Shown piece by piece: positions 37,101-48,430 of a stretch of 64,000 nucleotides of DNA. The first letter of the stretch is position 1, and each line of letters starts with the position of its first letter. The DNA is from Felis catus. Lineage: Eukaryota. The stretch is from contig NC_058383.1 in the NCBI RefSeq assembly GCF_018350175.1, positions 8,558,001 through 8,622,000 on the forward strand, given 5' to 3'. The position numbers and the translations under genes are program-made. The notes below the pieces were generated by a model. The model worked only from the letters and a program-made list of their open reading frames with translations. It searched no databases and was not told where the DNA came from.

Positions 37101-40100
37101 TGAGTTTGGGGTGGGGAAGTCACTTAGTGTGAGTCACCCGGGGTGAAAATGAAGCCTGGGGTGGTGGACGTGTATGTACCTGAGTTGACCTCGGCGGGTG
37201 GACACCTTCTGTGGGAGACCTTGGTGGATTTGTGAGCCTTTCTAGAGCCTCCCCTGCCTTGAGACTCGGAGTCCTAGCGATGGAGCATCAAAGAGAAGGT
37301 AATCCGATCCTCCTTGGCCGGCAATGAATCTTCCCATCAGCAAACTTTATCTGGTTGGTACCTGGGGTGCAGTGATGGCCTCGAGCTGAAGGTAGCCCTC
37401 CTTTCTGTGTCCCCTGCTCTCCTCTGTGCCCTGTCTGTGCATCCAGCAAATGGCGGCGGAAGAGATCTGGGGAAATGGGAGGCAGGAGAGAGGCCTGATC
37501 CCGGGACCTGGGCCACGGGGAAGGAGGGAAGGAGCCGGTGGCCCAGAGGCTGTGCCCTGTTCAGCTGCGGTGGCTGGGGAGCGCGAACCTAACCAGGGCT
37601 GGTCTCTGAGACATGGGACCTGAGCTAGTGTTGGGGAACAATTTGCTGTGAGAGCCTAATATTTGTGTGTTCACCCTGGATGGCCAAGACAAAATCCCCG
37701 CTCGCTGAGCCCCTGGGAGTCTGGCCGATTGAGGCACAGCAGTGATGCTGGGTTCAGATCCGTGCAGTATCACCTGCCAGCACCAGCCACACCAGGGCTC
37801 TGTCCTCAGTTACACATGGAAGGCATTGTTGGGGTGTGTTTGGCGAGAGGCTGGCTTTGTAAGGGGTCTGCAGGTGAGCATCTGTCCCGAGAGAAGAAAG
37901 TCTGGCCAGGTGATACTCCTTAGATCTCAGCTTACTTTAGTCGAGGACATTATCGTGGAAAAACGGAGCTTCTAGGCTACTCTGGATTCAGATGACTGTT
38001 TTTGCGTGTCTGGTTTTTTTGGGACGGCGCAGCTTTTTTTGTAATGAAGTTTTACAAATTTAAAAAGAAAACCTACAAGGTGCAGCCGGCTTGGAAATAA
38101 TGCAGCGTGTTTGAGCGAAGTTGCTGGCAGTTTGGTTTGTTTTGGAGTGACTCCTTTTTTGCACGGACCGTTGGGGCCATTCGTTCATTCCTCAAGAGTG
38201 TCTCCACGGTGCCTGATCACCCCTGGGGTGCCAAGAGGAACGGGTCCCCAGCCCTGCTGGTCGATGAACTGCAGGACACCCCGTATCCCCAGGTGTCAGG
38301 GTTATAAGGCCTGGGTCCTGGAAAGGTGGTCCTTGGCTGTCCTGCTCCCTTGACTGATTTCATCCCCTGTGGACCATGCAGGGTTGTAGCACAGCATTCT
38401 AATGACCAGAACAGTGGGGAAACCCCGGCCTTCAGGGGACCTACCTTCTAGCAGGGAGATGGAGAGCGAAGGTACGGAATACATCCATGACGTATTGCCC
38501 GTGCCCAGGGCCGTGGAGCAGACAGAACAGGACCTCAGCGCACAGCCCCACTGAGTCATCGGAAGGGCTGACCAGAGTGAGGCGGAGGGGTGGTAAAGAC
38601 AGTGGGAGGGGTGTGTGGAGGGCACAGTTCTGGTGAGAGGTGGGGAGGGACAGGAGAGAAGATACTGGCCCGAGGGTGTGGGGTAAGGAAGAGGGCAGAC
38701 CGAACCTGGGCCCTGGAATTTTGGGGCAGGGCCCGTGGGGTCGCGGTGGCCTTGGCTGAGAAGGGGCCACCTATGGGCGAGGTGTCAGCAGAGGAACCTG
38801 AGTGGGGGAGGGGCAGGGAGCGGCGCAGGGAGGGCCTTCTGGGTCCATTGGACCCCGGGCGTCCGGCAGGCTGGTGTCACCTGGGGCTGGCCCTTCGAGA
38901 GGCAGCCCTTGCACCCTGCCGCCTGGCTGGGCCCCACGGGTTTATTAAAGGCAGGTGCGGTCACTACTATCCTGTTCTTGAGCGTTGGGCGTGACTCAGA
39001 CGTGCAGGGAGTCAGTCTGGAGTTCCTTTATTCATCCCTATTTGCTTTTTGTCGGTAATCCTTTGTAATTCCCCAGTTTCATGATGTAATTTTAATGGAA
39101 TTAAACTTGAACACTTCGAAATTATGTAATTAATTACGTTCGGCTTCAATTACAATGACTAATTATAGCGTGATACCTGGTGGCAAGTCAGGCAGGTACT
39201 GGTGGGGGTTCATGCCTGCTGGCTATCGGGAGGGCCACTTTCCGTTCAGCATGGGAGCCACGGCGCCCCAGGGACAGGTCGCCTGCCCCTGGGTCGCCCA
39301 GGGCGCCTTCCAATCCCACCCCTCCGCTGAGGTGCGAGGTGCGGGGTGTGAGACGCGTGGGAAGTGCAGGTGTGGGAGGGTTGTTTGGGGATGCAAAGGC
39401 TCGAACTTGTTTCCAGGTTGAAGGGAAGGACCCTTTTTTGTAAGTTTGGGGTGCCAGGGGAAGCGGAGGGCCCTGTTGTGACATTCTTCTGGGATGCGGG
39501 AGGGAGGCCGCTCCCAGGTGAACTCGGAGTGTCAACGACACAAAGAGATGGTTTCCAGCGAAAAGAAAAGGTGTGAGAACCACTCTGGGGTGAACAAGGA
39601 AGGTGGAAGCAGGTTTAAAAAGGTTACTGCGTGGTGGTGTTATTTCCAGGTGGCCCACATGCAGGGCTTCTGGGACCGGGAAACCGAGCCTCAGACCCCA
39701 GGACAGAGTGTGTGTTTGTGGACTTTCCAGAAAGTCTGCCCCCCCCCCCAACTTTGCACATGATGGTGGTTTACTTTGCCTTAGGAGGAGGGAAGGGGTC
39801 TAGCTAAGAAATAGCCGAGTTGACGGCTGCCTCTAAAACACCCACGTCTCCTGATGGGGGCTGTGCAGCCCCTTCCAGAATGGGGATGCAGCGTTCCCAT
39901 GAGGGAGGAGGGGGGTCGGGCCCTTCCGCCATGTCCCGGCACAGCTGCCCGCCTGTCTTCCCTGCCCCAGGCACACCTGCCATCCAGCTGTTCTTGCCGG
40001 GAGGCTCCTTGGAAGGGACTTGAAACAGAGGTGCCTGCGTATGGAATTCAGTGGCCAGTGTCCTGTGTCTGTGAGATGCCTGCTGTTTATTTGAGAGGCT

Positions 40101-40479
40101 TAGGGCGTTTTTCCAAAAGCTGATTCTTATGCCTCAAATAGAGATTTTTTTTTTTTTTTAATGCCGTCTCTGAGTTTTCCAGTGTGTTCCCCATTGGGTG
40201 TACAGAGCAGATGCGCTGGCCGAGGAGCCCCTGCTTCCGGAAGCTTGAGCTGAGGCTGATATTTGGGTTAGGGCGAGGGCCAATAGGATGTCTAAACGTC
40301 TTACAGATTTCTGTTTTTTAAGGGACAGTGTGACCTGAAAACATTTTGAGTATATGACTAGGTTTACATTTTGGTTGGGGGATGTCCTGGTACAGAGTGC
40401 TCTCGGAACACTTTTTTTTCTATTGAACACGCTTCAGAGGACAGCTCCCTGCACACAACGCCCATACCTGTGTTGTTAC

Positions 40480-40581
40480 TTTTTTTTTTTTAATTTCTAA
40501 ATGTTTTTAAATGTAAGCTCTTATGTCCAGCATGGGGCTTGAACTCGTCACTCTGAGATCAAGACAGAATCAGCCAGGCAC
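40480..40581 (-). mobile_element. Degenerate short CanSINE
   Basis: catggggcttgaactc...gagatcaaga...agccaggcac with flanking ttgttacttttt duplication. Confidence 0.7.
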
Positions 40582-40594
40582 TCATTTGTTACTT

Positions 40595-41200
40595 TTTGTT
40601 TTTTAAGATCAAATTCACATAAAATTCACTGTATTCACCTTTTTAAAGTGTGCAGTTCAGTTTGTGGGGTGTGTTCATCATGTTGGGCAACTGTCACCAC
40701 AGTCGAATTCCAGAACATGTTCCACCCTCCAGCAAGAGGCTCGTACCTGTTAGCCGTGACCCCTGCATCTGTCCTGCGCCTCCCCCTGCCCCTTCCCGCC
40801 CGAGGCTCTGTGTAACCATCACTCTACTTTCTGCCTCCATGGATTTCCCTGTTCTGGATATTTCACACATAAATGGAACCCTACAACACGTGGCCTTTTG
40901 TGTCTGGCTTCTTTCATTCGGTGTAGTTATCTTCTGTGTTCACGCACGTCGTAGTGTGTATCCATTCTTCATTCCTTTTATGGCCGAATGAGATCCCGCG
41001 GTGTCGGTATACGACATCTGATGATCCTTTCATAAACGGTGGGCATTTGGATCGTTTCCGCTTTGGGGCTTTTACGAATCATGCTGTTGCGAACACCTGT
41101 CTGTGTGCAAGTTTCTGTGCGAAGCGTTTTCGGCTTTTCTCAGTACACGCCCAGGAGTAGGAATGCTGGGTCACATATGGGGACTCTGTGTTCCCGTTTC
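40595..41200 (-). mobile_element. L1 (L1MB-like) 3' end
   Basis: aaattcacataaaattcac...ttttaaagtgtgcagttcag, ctactttctgcctccatggattt, ttttgtgtctggcttctttca, cccaggagtaggaatgctgggtca. Confidence 0.82.
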
Positions 41201-42170
41201 CGAGCCCGCTGCTGTTTGACGTCTTGGGTGCGGCTCCTGTTTGTTCTCTAGGTGCTCATCTAATGCCTGGGCCGCTGCACCTTTTCCTGCTCTGGTCTCC
41301 CTCCGGCCGCCTCGTCGGGTTCCTTGCGTGGTGGAGCTGCCGCACTTTGCAACCAGCGTGAGAGACAGATGGACGCGTGAGCAGGCCGTGTGTTTGGCTA
41401 ACGGCAGATGCTGTTGGTGGCCCACCCGGGGTCTCTCCCCTCTGCGCCCGCCTGCCTCCTCACTCTTCCCCGCACCGGGGCGAAACCAGATGTTTGTCTA
41501 AACTGTCCTGGCAGGGCCTTCCCTGTGGCCAGGCGTGGTGGGGGTTGCCCTTAGTTCTGGCCAGAGAGGCAGGGGATGTCAGGGTTGCTGCTGGACAAGT
41601 GCTGCTTCTCTCATAAAAGGAGATGAGCCAGGACAAAGCCCATGAACGTGCCTGTGGGCGAAGAGGCTCCAGGGCCAGCTGCCACCAATCTAAGCATTGG
41701 CGGGCCGGTGGGGGTTGGGGGGCAGGACAGCGTGCAATGCAGGGGACGCGGAGCAGGAATGTGGAAGGGGCCTGGGCCTTCAGTCTTGCAGTCACCCTGC
41801 CCCCAACTTTCTGTGATGGGAGACAGGAGTGTTACGGTTAAAATCCGGATGGTAGAAAGTTTCTCTTGGCTGCTTTGCTGGTGTGGACTTACTAGTCCTG
41901 CTTTTGAGATGCTCTGGTTCTGGGTGAGGGTACACATGAGAGTACACATGAGAGCATGAGGAGGAGTGTGTGCTCCAAGCTGTCTCTCCTAGCAGCAGGC
42001 AGGGTCCCATTTGCCCAGCCAGATGTCCCTCGATACTTTGCATGGAGCCAATAAAGCATTAAGCAATTAGAATGGTTAATATTCAGTTAAGTATAATTAG
42101 AAGCTGGTGTAAATTGTGAATGAAATTGACAGGTTCCAGAAGTTAAGGCAAAATACCAAATCTTTTTCAG

Positions 42171-42171
<1 letters not shown>

Positions 42172-42220
<49 letters not shown>
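42172..42220. repeat. (TG)24 microsatellite
   Basis: Read directly from the sequence. Confidence 0.97.
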
Positions 42221-42221
<1 letters not shown>

Positions 42222-42774
42222 CTGCGAGGCTTTGTCGATTCAGATAGGTGTGGAATTGACACGGAGGGCCGTCACCAACTCAGTTCGTTGTAATTTTCAA
42301 AGTTTAGGAACATCCGGCCGATTGTTTTATGGTGTTTAACATTGAAATCCTTAAGTCAAAGTGTAAGAGTTTTAACACCGATTTGTACGAGATGGGCAGG
42401 AAAATCCAGACCCCTGTTTTCTGTCTGCCTCTGGGGGTATGTGTGTGTGTGTCTCACCCTCATCACTCATCAGTTCACAGCACACATGATTCATCTTAGT
42501 AAGTTTTTCTTCCTTTAGGCTCCACCCCCATTTCTAGACGCTGGCCCTCCCGCCCTATGCTGGTGTTTGGTGTGCCTCTACACAGCTGTATTCTTGTGAA
42601 CTGGGCGCCCTGCTTTGTAGGTATAAGTAGCTTAACTCCTGTCTGGCGATGTGCTGTACATCTTTCTCCCTCCTTTTCACTCGTCACTGGTTTGGAGATC
42701 TGACCATGTTCCTCCCTACACAGTTTGGTCGTCCTCCATGATAGCTGCATTGGATTCCATCTGAAGAATCCACT

Positions 42775-43123
42775 TGTCTTGGTTCGCTCAGGCTGATCTA
42801 ACAAGATACTCTAGACTGGGCGGCTTAAACAACACACATTTTATTTCTCACAGCTCTGGAGGCTGAAAGTCCAAGGTCAAGGTGCCTGCAGATTGCATTC
42901 CTGTGAGCGTCCTCTTCCTGGCTTTCAGACTGCTGTATCCTCCAGGCGACAGACGGGCCTGAGAGAGAGTGAGGGAGCACCCTGGTGTCTCTTACAAGGT
43001 TGCTAATGCCATTGTGGGGACCCCACCCTCATGACCTTCGAAAGACCCACCTCCAGATGTCATCACTTCAAGGGCTAGGACTTCAGCATATGAATCTGGG
43101 GGACATAAGTTCAGTTCTTAGCA
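42775..43123 (-). mobile_element. MLT1A-like MaLR solo LTR
   Basis: ggcttaaacaacacacattttatttctcacagctctggaggctgaaagtccaaggtcaaggtgcc...catatgaatctgggggaca...ttcagttcttagca, with TG...CA ends. Confidence 0.85.
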
Positions 43124-43814
43124 CCGCCCGGCTTCTGGGTCCATTTCCGTGGGGGTGGCTCCACATTGTGGTCTCTAGTACCCCAGTGCCTCTGGTGTCC
43201 TTAACGCACAGGGCATGATGGCTGGTCCAGGAGTGGGTTGCTGAGTCCAGAGTGAAAAGGGCTGTTAATTTCACTAAGTGCTGCCAGATTGCTTCCCAGA
43301 GCAGAGGCACCACTGCTCTCTCCACGTCCGTGTCAGCACTTCCTGGAGACTTTTTGCCATTCTGATGGTTTTAAAGTGGTACTTCAGCGTTGTGTGATTC
43401 TTCTCTAATCACCGGTAAGGTTCATACTTGTTACCTACCTCTTTTATACTTCTAAGATTTTCAGATTTACCTAACTTCTGTAAATTGTCTGGTCATATGG
43501 TATTTTTTTTTTTTTGAATGATTTACTTTTTTTTTTGTTGATTTGTAAGAGTTCTTTGTATGTTTTGCATGCTAATCCTTTGTTGGTTTTTGCTGTTGCA
43601 AATAATCTTTCCCAGTCTCTTTTGTTGATTTGTCTGTAGTGTCCTTCGATATGTAGAAAAACTTAATTTTGATGAACTCCAATCTATCCGATTTTCCCCC
43701 TCATGTTTGGTGTGTGATTTCCCTCTTGAGAACATCTTTCCCCATTCGGAATCACGAAGATAATCATGTACTTTTTTTTTTTTTTAATGCTTCTTTAAAA
43801 ATGAATTCTTTTCT

Positions 43815-44013
43815 AATTCATTTTTGGTTGGTTTTCATTTTTGAGAGGGAGACAGAGCACAAGCCGGGGAGGGGCAGAGAGAGAGAGGGAGACACAGAAT
43901 CCAAACGAAGCAGGCTGCAGGCTCTGAGCTGTGGGCTCAAACCCACGAACGGTGAGATCGTCACCTGAGCTGAAGTTGGGTGCCCAATCGACCCAGCCAC
44001 CCAAGGGGTCCCC
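43815..44013 (-). mobile_element. CanSINE
   Basis: gaggggcagagagagagggagacacagaatc...gagatcgtcacctgagctgaag body. Confidence 0.87.
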
Positions 44014-44017
44014 TGTC

Positions 44018-44133
44018 TTTTTTTTTCTCTTTTAAAGTTTATTAAGTAATCTTTATGCCCAACGTGGGGCTTGAACTCATAACCCTGAGATCAGGAGTCT
44101 CATGCTCGACCACGTGAGCCAGCCAGGTGCCCC
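44018..44133 (-). mobile_element. Short tRNA-Lys-like CanSINE
   Basis: aagtaatct...cccaacgtggggcttgaactc...gagccagccaggtgcccc. Confidence 0.87.
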
Positions 44134-46120
44134 AAAGATTCTTGTATTTTGATGGCTATGTCACATAACTATCAAACATTGGTCTTCCTCGTTTAGATCT
44201 TTAGGTTGGAAATGGTTTTTGTACAGAGAGGTAGCCAGGTTTTCCAACATGGCTGAACAGTTTTGTCTCCTACCCTGTGATTTTGGGAGCTGCGTCTCTT
44301 GTACGCCAGGGCCTCATATACACGTGGGGATGCTTCTAGGGTCATTCTTTTGTTCTGCCCCCTGTTTGTTTCTTCTTGCACTGGCACCACCCCATTTTAC
44401 GGTGGCTTTATATGTGTTTTAATTTCTGATCACGTGATTTTATCCTCTTTGGCTCTTTTTCAAAGCACCTTGGCGACTCAAGGTCTATTGTTCTTTGATG
44501 CACGTATCTGTCTGGTTCCCCCTCAAGTTCTGCTGGAGTCTCTGTTGCATTTGGATGAAATCTACAGGTTAATCTGGGGGCAGGGGGGAAATGAAGACCT
44601 TTTAAGTTGTCCCATCCTTGAACAAAGATACTTCTCCATTTATTTAGGTCTTCCTCCTCCAAAAAGGTTTTGTGAAATCTTTATTTAATTAATTTCTAGT
44701 CCTTTACAGTTTTTGTGGTGTTGTGACCAGTGTCTTATTTAAAAACATTTTTTTTTCCGATTGTTGATTGTGGTATGGAAGAAGAACAACTGGTTTTGTT
44801 TGCCGATTTTGAAACTGGCGGGCTTGCTGAGTCTCTTTCTAGTTTTACTGATTACCTTGACTCTGTTACCTTTCCCTGGGGATAATATCATATGCAAAAA
44901 AGTGACTCTTTTGTTTACCCCTTTCCTTCCACTCCTTGAACCAGAGTGGCTTGTTTTGTTGGCCAGAAACTCAAGGACTCTGTCGCATAGTGGTTTAGTG
45001 ATGGTGGCCTGCTCTTTCCTGGTCTCAAGGGAATTTTTGGTAGACGCCTGAAACAGATTAAGCAATTACCTTGATTCCCTTTCCCTTCCTTTTCTGAGAG
45101 TTTTTTTTTTTTTTTAAATGATAATTAGGTGTTGACCTTTAGCAAATACTTTTTCTTAAAATCTATTCATGGCCATGAGATTTTGATCCCTTAGTCCATG
45201 CATGTGATAAATTGCATTACAGTGATGGATGCTTTGAGGCCAGATCATGCAGTGCATTGTGGGGCCAACTGTGTCTTGAATTTTAAAATATGCTTGGATT
45301 TGATGCATAGTTTTGACATCTGTGTTACCCAATCAAATCGGCCTATACTTTTCTTACCCTTATCTAGTTGGAATTGAAACTATACGGGTCTCGTGTAAAA
45401 TAGGTTAAACTTGTTTTGGGATCATTTCTGTGAGATGAGGAACGCCTGTAGCTTCAGTGTGATCGGGCTCCCCCTGTCCCGCCGTGGGTCCTGAGACTGA
45501 GTGTGGCGAGCAGGCGTTTACCGTCTCACTCTCTTTATTAGTCTGACTCTTCCTTTTGTAGACCAATATGGGCATTTTATAACTTTCTAGAAATATGTCC
45601 ATTTCATCGTGGTTTTAACACTTATTCTTGTATGAGTGTTCATAATATTTTCATGATTTGTGTAAATCTGTTGTTTTAGTGCTGGCTGCTTCGCGTTTTC
45701 TTTCTAGATTCTGTATTTCTGAACGTACCTGTGACTTCTTTTCAGTCTCCTGTAGAGTTTGGTTTGTCTTATGAGTTCTTAAACGAAACCTGCCTTTTGC
45801 CCTTCTTGCCCTCTTTGTCCTTATTTTTTTTTCTTTTGCGTCACTGATTTTTCTCCTTTATTTCACTCCTCTTAGAGGGCACTCTTTTTTGCAAACGTCT
45901 TTTTTTGAAAGTTCAGCTTTTAATAGTTTAAATTCTTTATCGTTTTCTGATGAGTGTATTGAAAGCCGTAATATTTCTTCTAAAAATTGCCTTAGCACTG
46001 CTCCATAAACTGACAGTTAGTGCTTTCATTTTTATTCACTTCGTAATTTTGTATTCGTTTTGTAATTTCCCCCTGTAACCCAAGGGTTAGTTAATTGAAT
46101 GTCTTTCCTAGATTTTTGAC

Positions 46121-46227
46121 ATTTATTTTATTGATTGATCGTGGGCTCCACGCCCAACGTGGAGCTTGAACTCACAACCTTGAGATTAGGAGTCACGTGC
46201 TCTACCAACTGAGCCAGCCAGGGCCCC
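46121..46227 (-). mobile_element. Short tRNA-Lys-like CanSINE
   Basis: cgcccaacgtggagcttgaactc...ctctaccaactgagccagccaggg, with TSD gatttttgacatt on both sides. Confidence 0.87.
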
Positions 46228-46283
46228 TGGATTTTTGACATTAAAAAAACAAAAAACAAAAAACAAACAAAGAAAAACTTCTT

Positions 46284-46491
46284 GGGGGTGCCTGGTTGGC
46301 TCAGTCCGTTGAGTGTCCCACTCTTGATTTTGGCTCAGGTCGTCATCCCCGGGTCGTGGGATCGAACCCCGTGTCTGACTCCTCACTAAACGTGGAGCCA
46401 GCTTGAGTTTCTGTCACTCTCTCTGCCCCTCTCCCCTGCTCGTATGCGTGCTCACGAGCTGTCTCTGTCAAAGAACAAAACAAAACAAAAA
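46284..46491 (+). mobile_element. CanSINE
   Basis: GGGGTGCCTGGTTGGCTCAG head, ctctctgcccctc region, (CAAAA)n tail. Confidence 0.88.
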
Positions 46492-47039
46492 CTTTTTATT
46501 CTGTTGATGTCTGTTTTGATTGCATATGGCCAGAGAGCAGTTCACGTGAATGCCGGTTTCTTTGGAATAGATATTTAAGAGACCCTATGGCATTTGCACT
46601 TGGAATATTCCATATGTGCTCAAAAGTAATGTGTTTTTTGTTTGAGGATAGAATTTTCCGTGTATTATTTTGAGCTTATCTGTGGTACTTAATTCTTCTA
46701 CGCCTCTGCTAATTTTCTTCCCATAGTTTTGACAGCTGTTTTATTATAGAATGTTAAGGCTATATTGTTAGATGCACATACGAGCACGGTCTTTACATCT
46801 TCCTGATTAACAGTTTCTTTTCCTGGTGTCTGTGCAGCCTCTTTCTTCCTCTTTTATGATGTTTTTTTCACCTTACATTCTATTTGTGTTGATGCTACAG
46901 TAATTTTGTTTATTCTTTTGTTTTTAGTTTCTGTGTGCCCGATAAAGCTTTTTTCTCTTCTGTCCAGATTTTCAGTCTTTCCAGATCCTTTTGCTTTAAA
47001 TGTGTTTTATTTTAGATACACGATGTGGGATCTTGTCTT

Positions 47040-47078
47040 TTAATTTATTTCTTATTTTCTTAATGTTTATTTATTTTT

Positions 47079-47110
<32 letters not shown>

Positions 47111-47278
47111 GCATGAGTTGGGGAGGAGCAGAGAGAGAGGGAGACACAGAATCCAAAGCAGGCTCCAGGCTCTGAGCTGTCAGCACAGAGCCTGATGCGG
47201 GGCTTGAATCCACAAACTCCAAGATCATGACCTGAGCTGAAGTCGGACACTTAACCTACTGAGCCACCTAGGCGCCCC
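47040..47278 (-). mobile_element. CanSINE
   Basis: Full reverse-complement body; TSD ggatcttgt(c/t)ttt. Confidence 0.93.
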
Positions 47279-48265
47279 GGATCTTGTTTTTTAAACCCAG
47301 GTTGAGAGTCTGTCTTTGATTAGTGAATTTAACTGGCATACATTTAGGGTAATTGTGATTATATTAGCACTTCTGGAGTATTATTTTATGTTTTCTTTTT
47401 ACCATTATTTTCGGGAGGGTATCTTTCCTTGCAATGTTTGATTGGGTTGATTTTTTTTTTTTCCCTCTGCTGGATTTTATAATTATGCCATCTATTTTCT
47501 TTTCCTGAAATTCAGAATCCAGATCATTCCTGAAATGATTAAGACCCACTCCCGTATTTATTTTTTCCTCTCCGTTTCTAAAGTCAGTATCTCTGTCCTA
47601 TTAACACCAGCCCGTCTCTCTCCTCCCTGCTCGTTTTGGCTGCATCTGTTTCAGTTCGGATCCATGAACTCTGCTTCGTCTGCGCAGGTTGCTGGGCTGG
47701 TTGATTTCTTTTGTCTAGTGTTTCCTCTCCTTCAGACTGTTTTTCCTGGTGACCCCTGATCCCCTCGGCCCGGGCCCCAGGGTATTAGCTGATCCCTTGC
47801 CCCTGAGTGGGGAGAGTTAGGCCACAGCTTGTCAGTCACTGAGTTCGGTGGGTAGAGGGCTTGAGGGGGTGCACCGAGGCCCCTTAGGCAACCTCGGGGT
47901 CTTCTCTCCAGCCACACCTGTTTTCCTGGGGCTACCTGCCTCTGATGTCCTGGGCCGCAGATCCCCCTGGGCATGGGCCACCCTCAGGGATTCTGATTCT
48001 GCTAGTTTGGGGTGGGCATTGGTGCCTTTTAAAAGTTTCTCATGAGAGGAATGGGGTACAGTATGGACTGATTATGAATTGACAGCGGTTGAATATCCAA
48101 CTAAAATTCATGCACAGCTAAGATTCTGATCACTTCCCAGCTAACACCCAGGAATTCTGGGGGACGGCATGGAGGAGGCCAGCTAGCTAGACCTGGGGCT
48201 GGCTGCGAGAACAGTTAACATGGGTCTATTATGTTTCTGCTGGACAGCGCTGTTCTAGCGTAGAC

Positions 48266-48430
48266 CCTCGCTACTCAAAGAGGTCCCCAAACCCATTTGG
48301 GCATCCCCTGGGAGCTTGTTAGAAGTGCAGAATGTCAGGCCCCAGCCAGACCTCCTGAGTCAGAATCTGCATTTTTATGAGATTCCCCAGGTGATTCATT
48401 GACACATTAAAATTTGAGAAGCACTGGGCT
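48266..48430. mobile_element. MER5A-like DNA transposon
   Basis: ctactcaaag...ctgggagcttgttagaagtgcagaat...ctgagtcagaatctgcatttt...ccccaggtgattc...tttgagaagcactg. Confidence 0.8.

Larger units (their letters stand above)
43230..47500 (-). mobile_element. Long, ancient fragmented L1 (L1ME/L1MD-like), interrupted by several SINEs
   Basis: T-rich + strand with L1 antisense motifs (gccagattgcttccca, ttgatttgtaagagttcttt, gttgcaaataatctttccca, tttccaacatggctgaa, tctagaaatatgtccatttca). No intact ORF. Confidence 0.75.

Noticed and set aside
43230..47500. Active L1 / reverse transcriptase gene
   Set aside because: Only short interrupted ORFs in a heavily diverged fossil that is split by SINEs.
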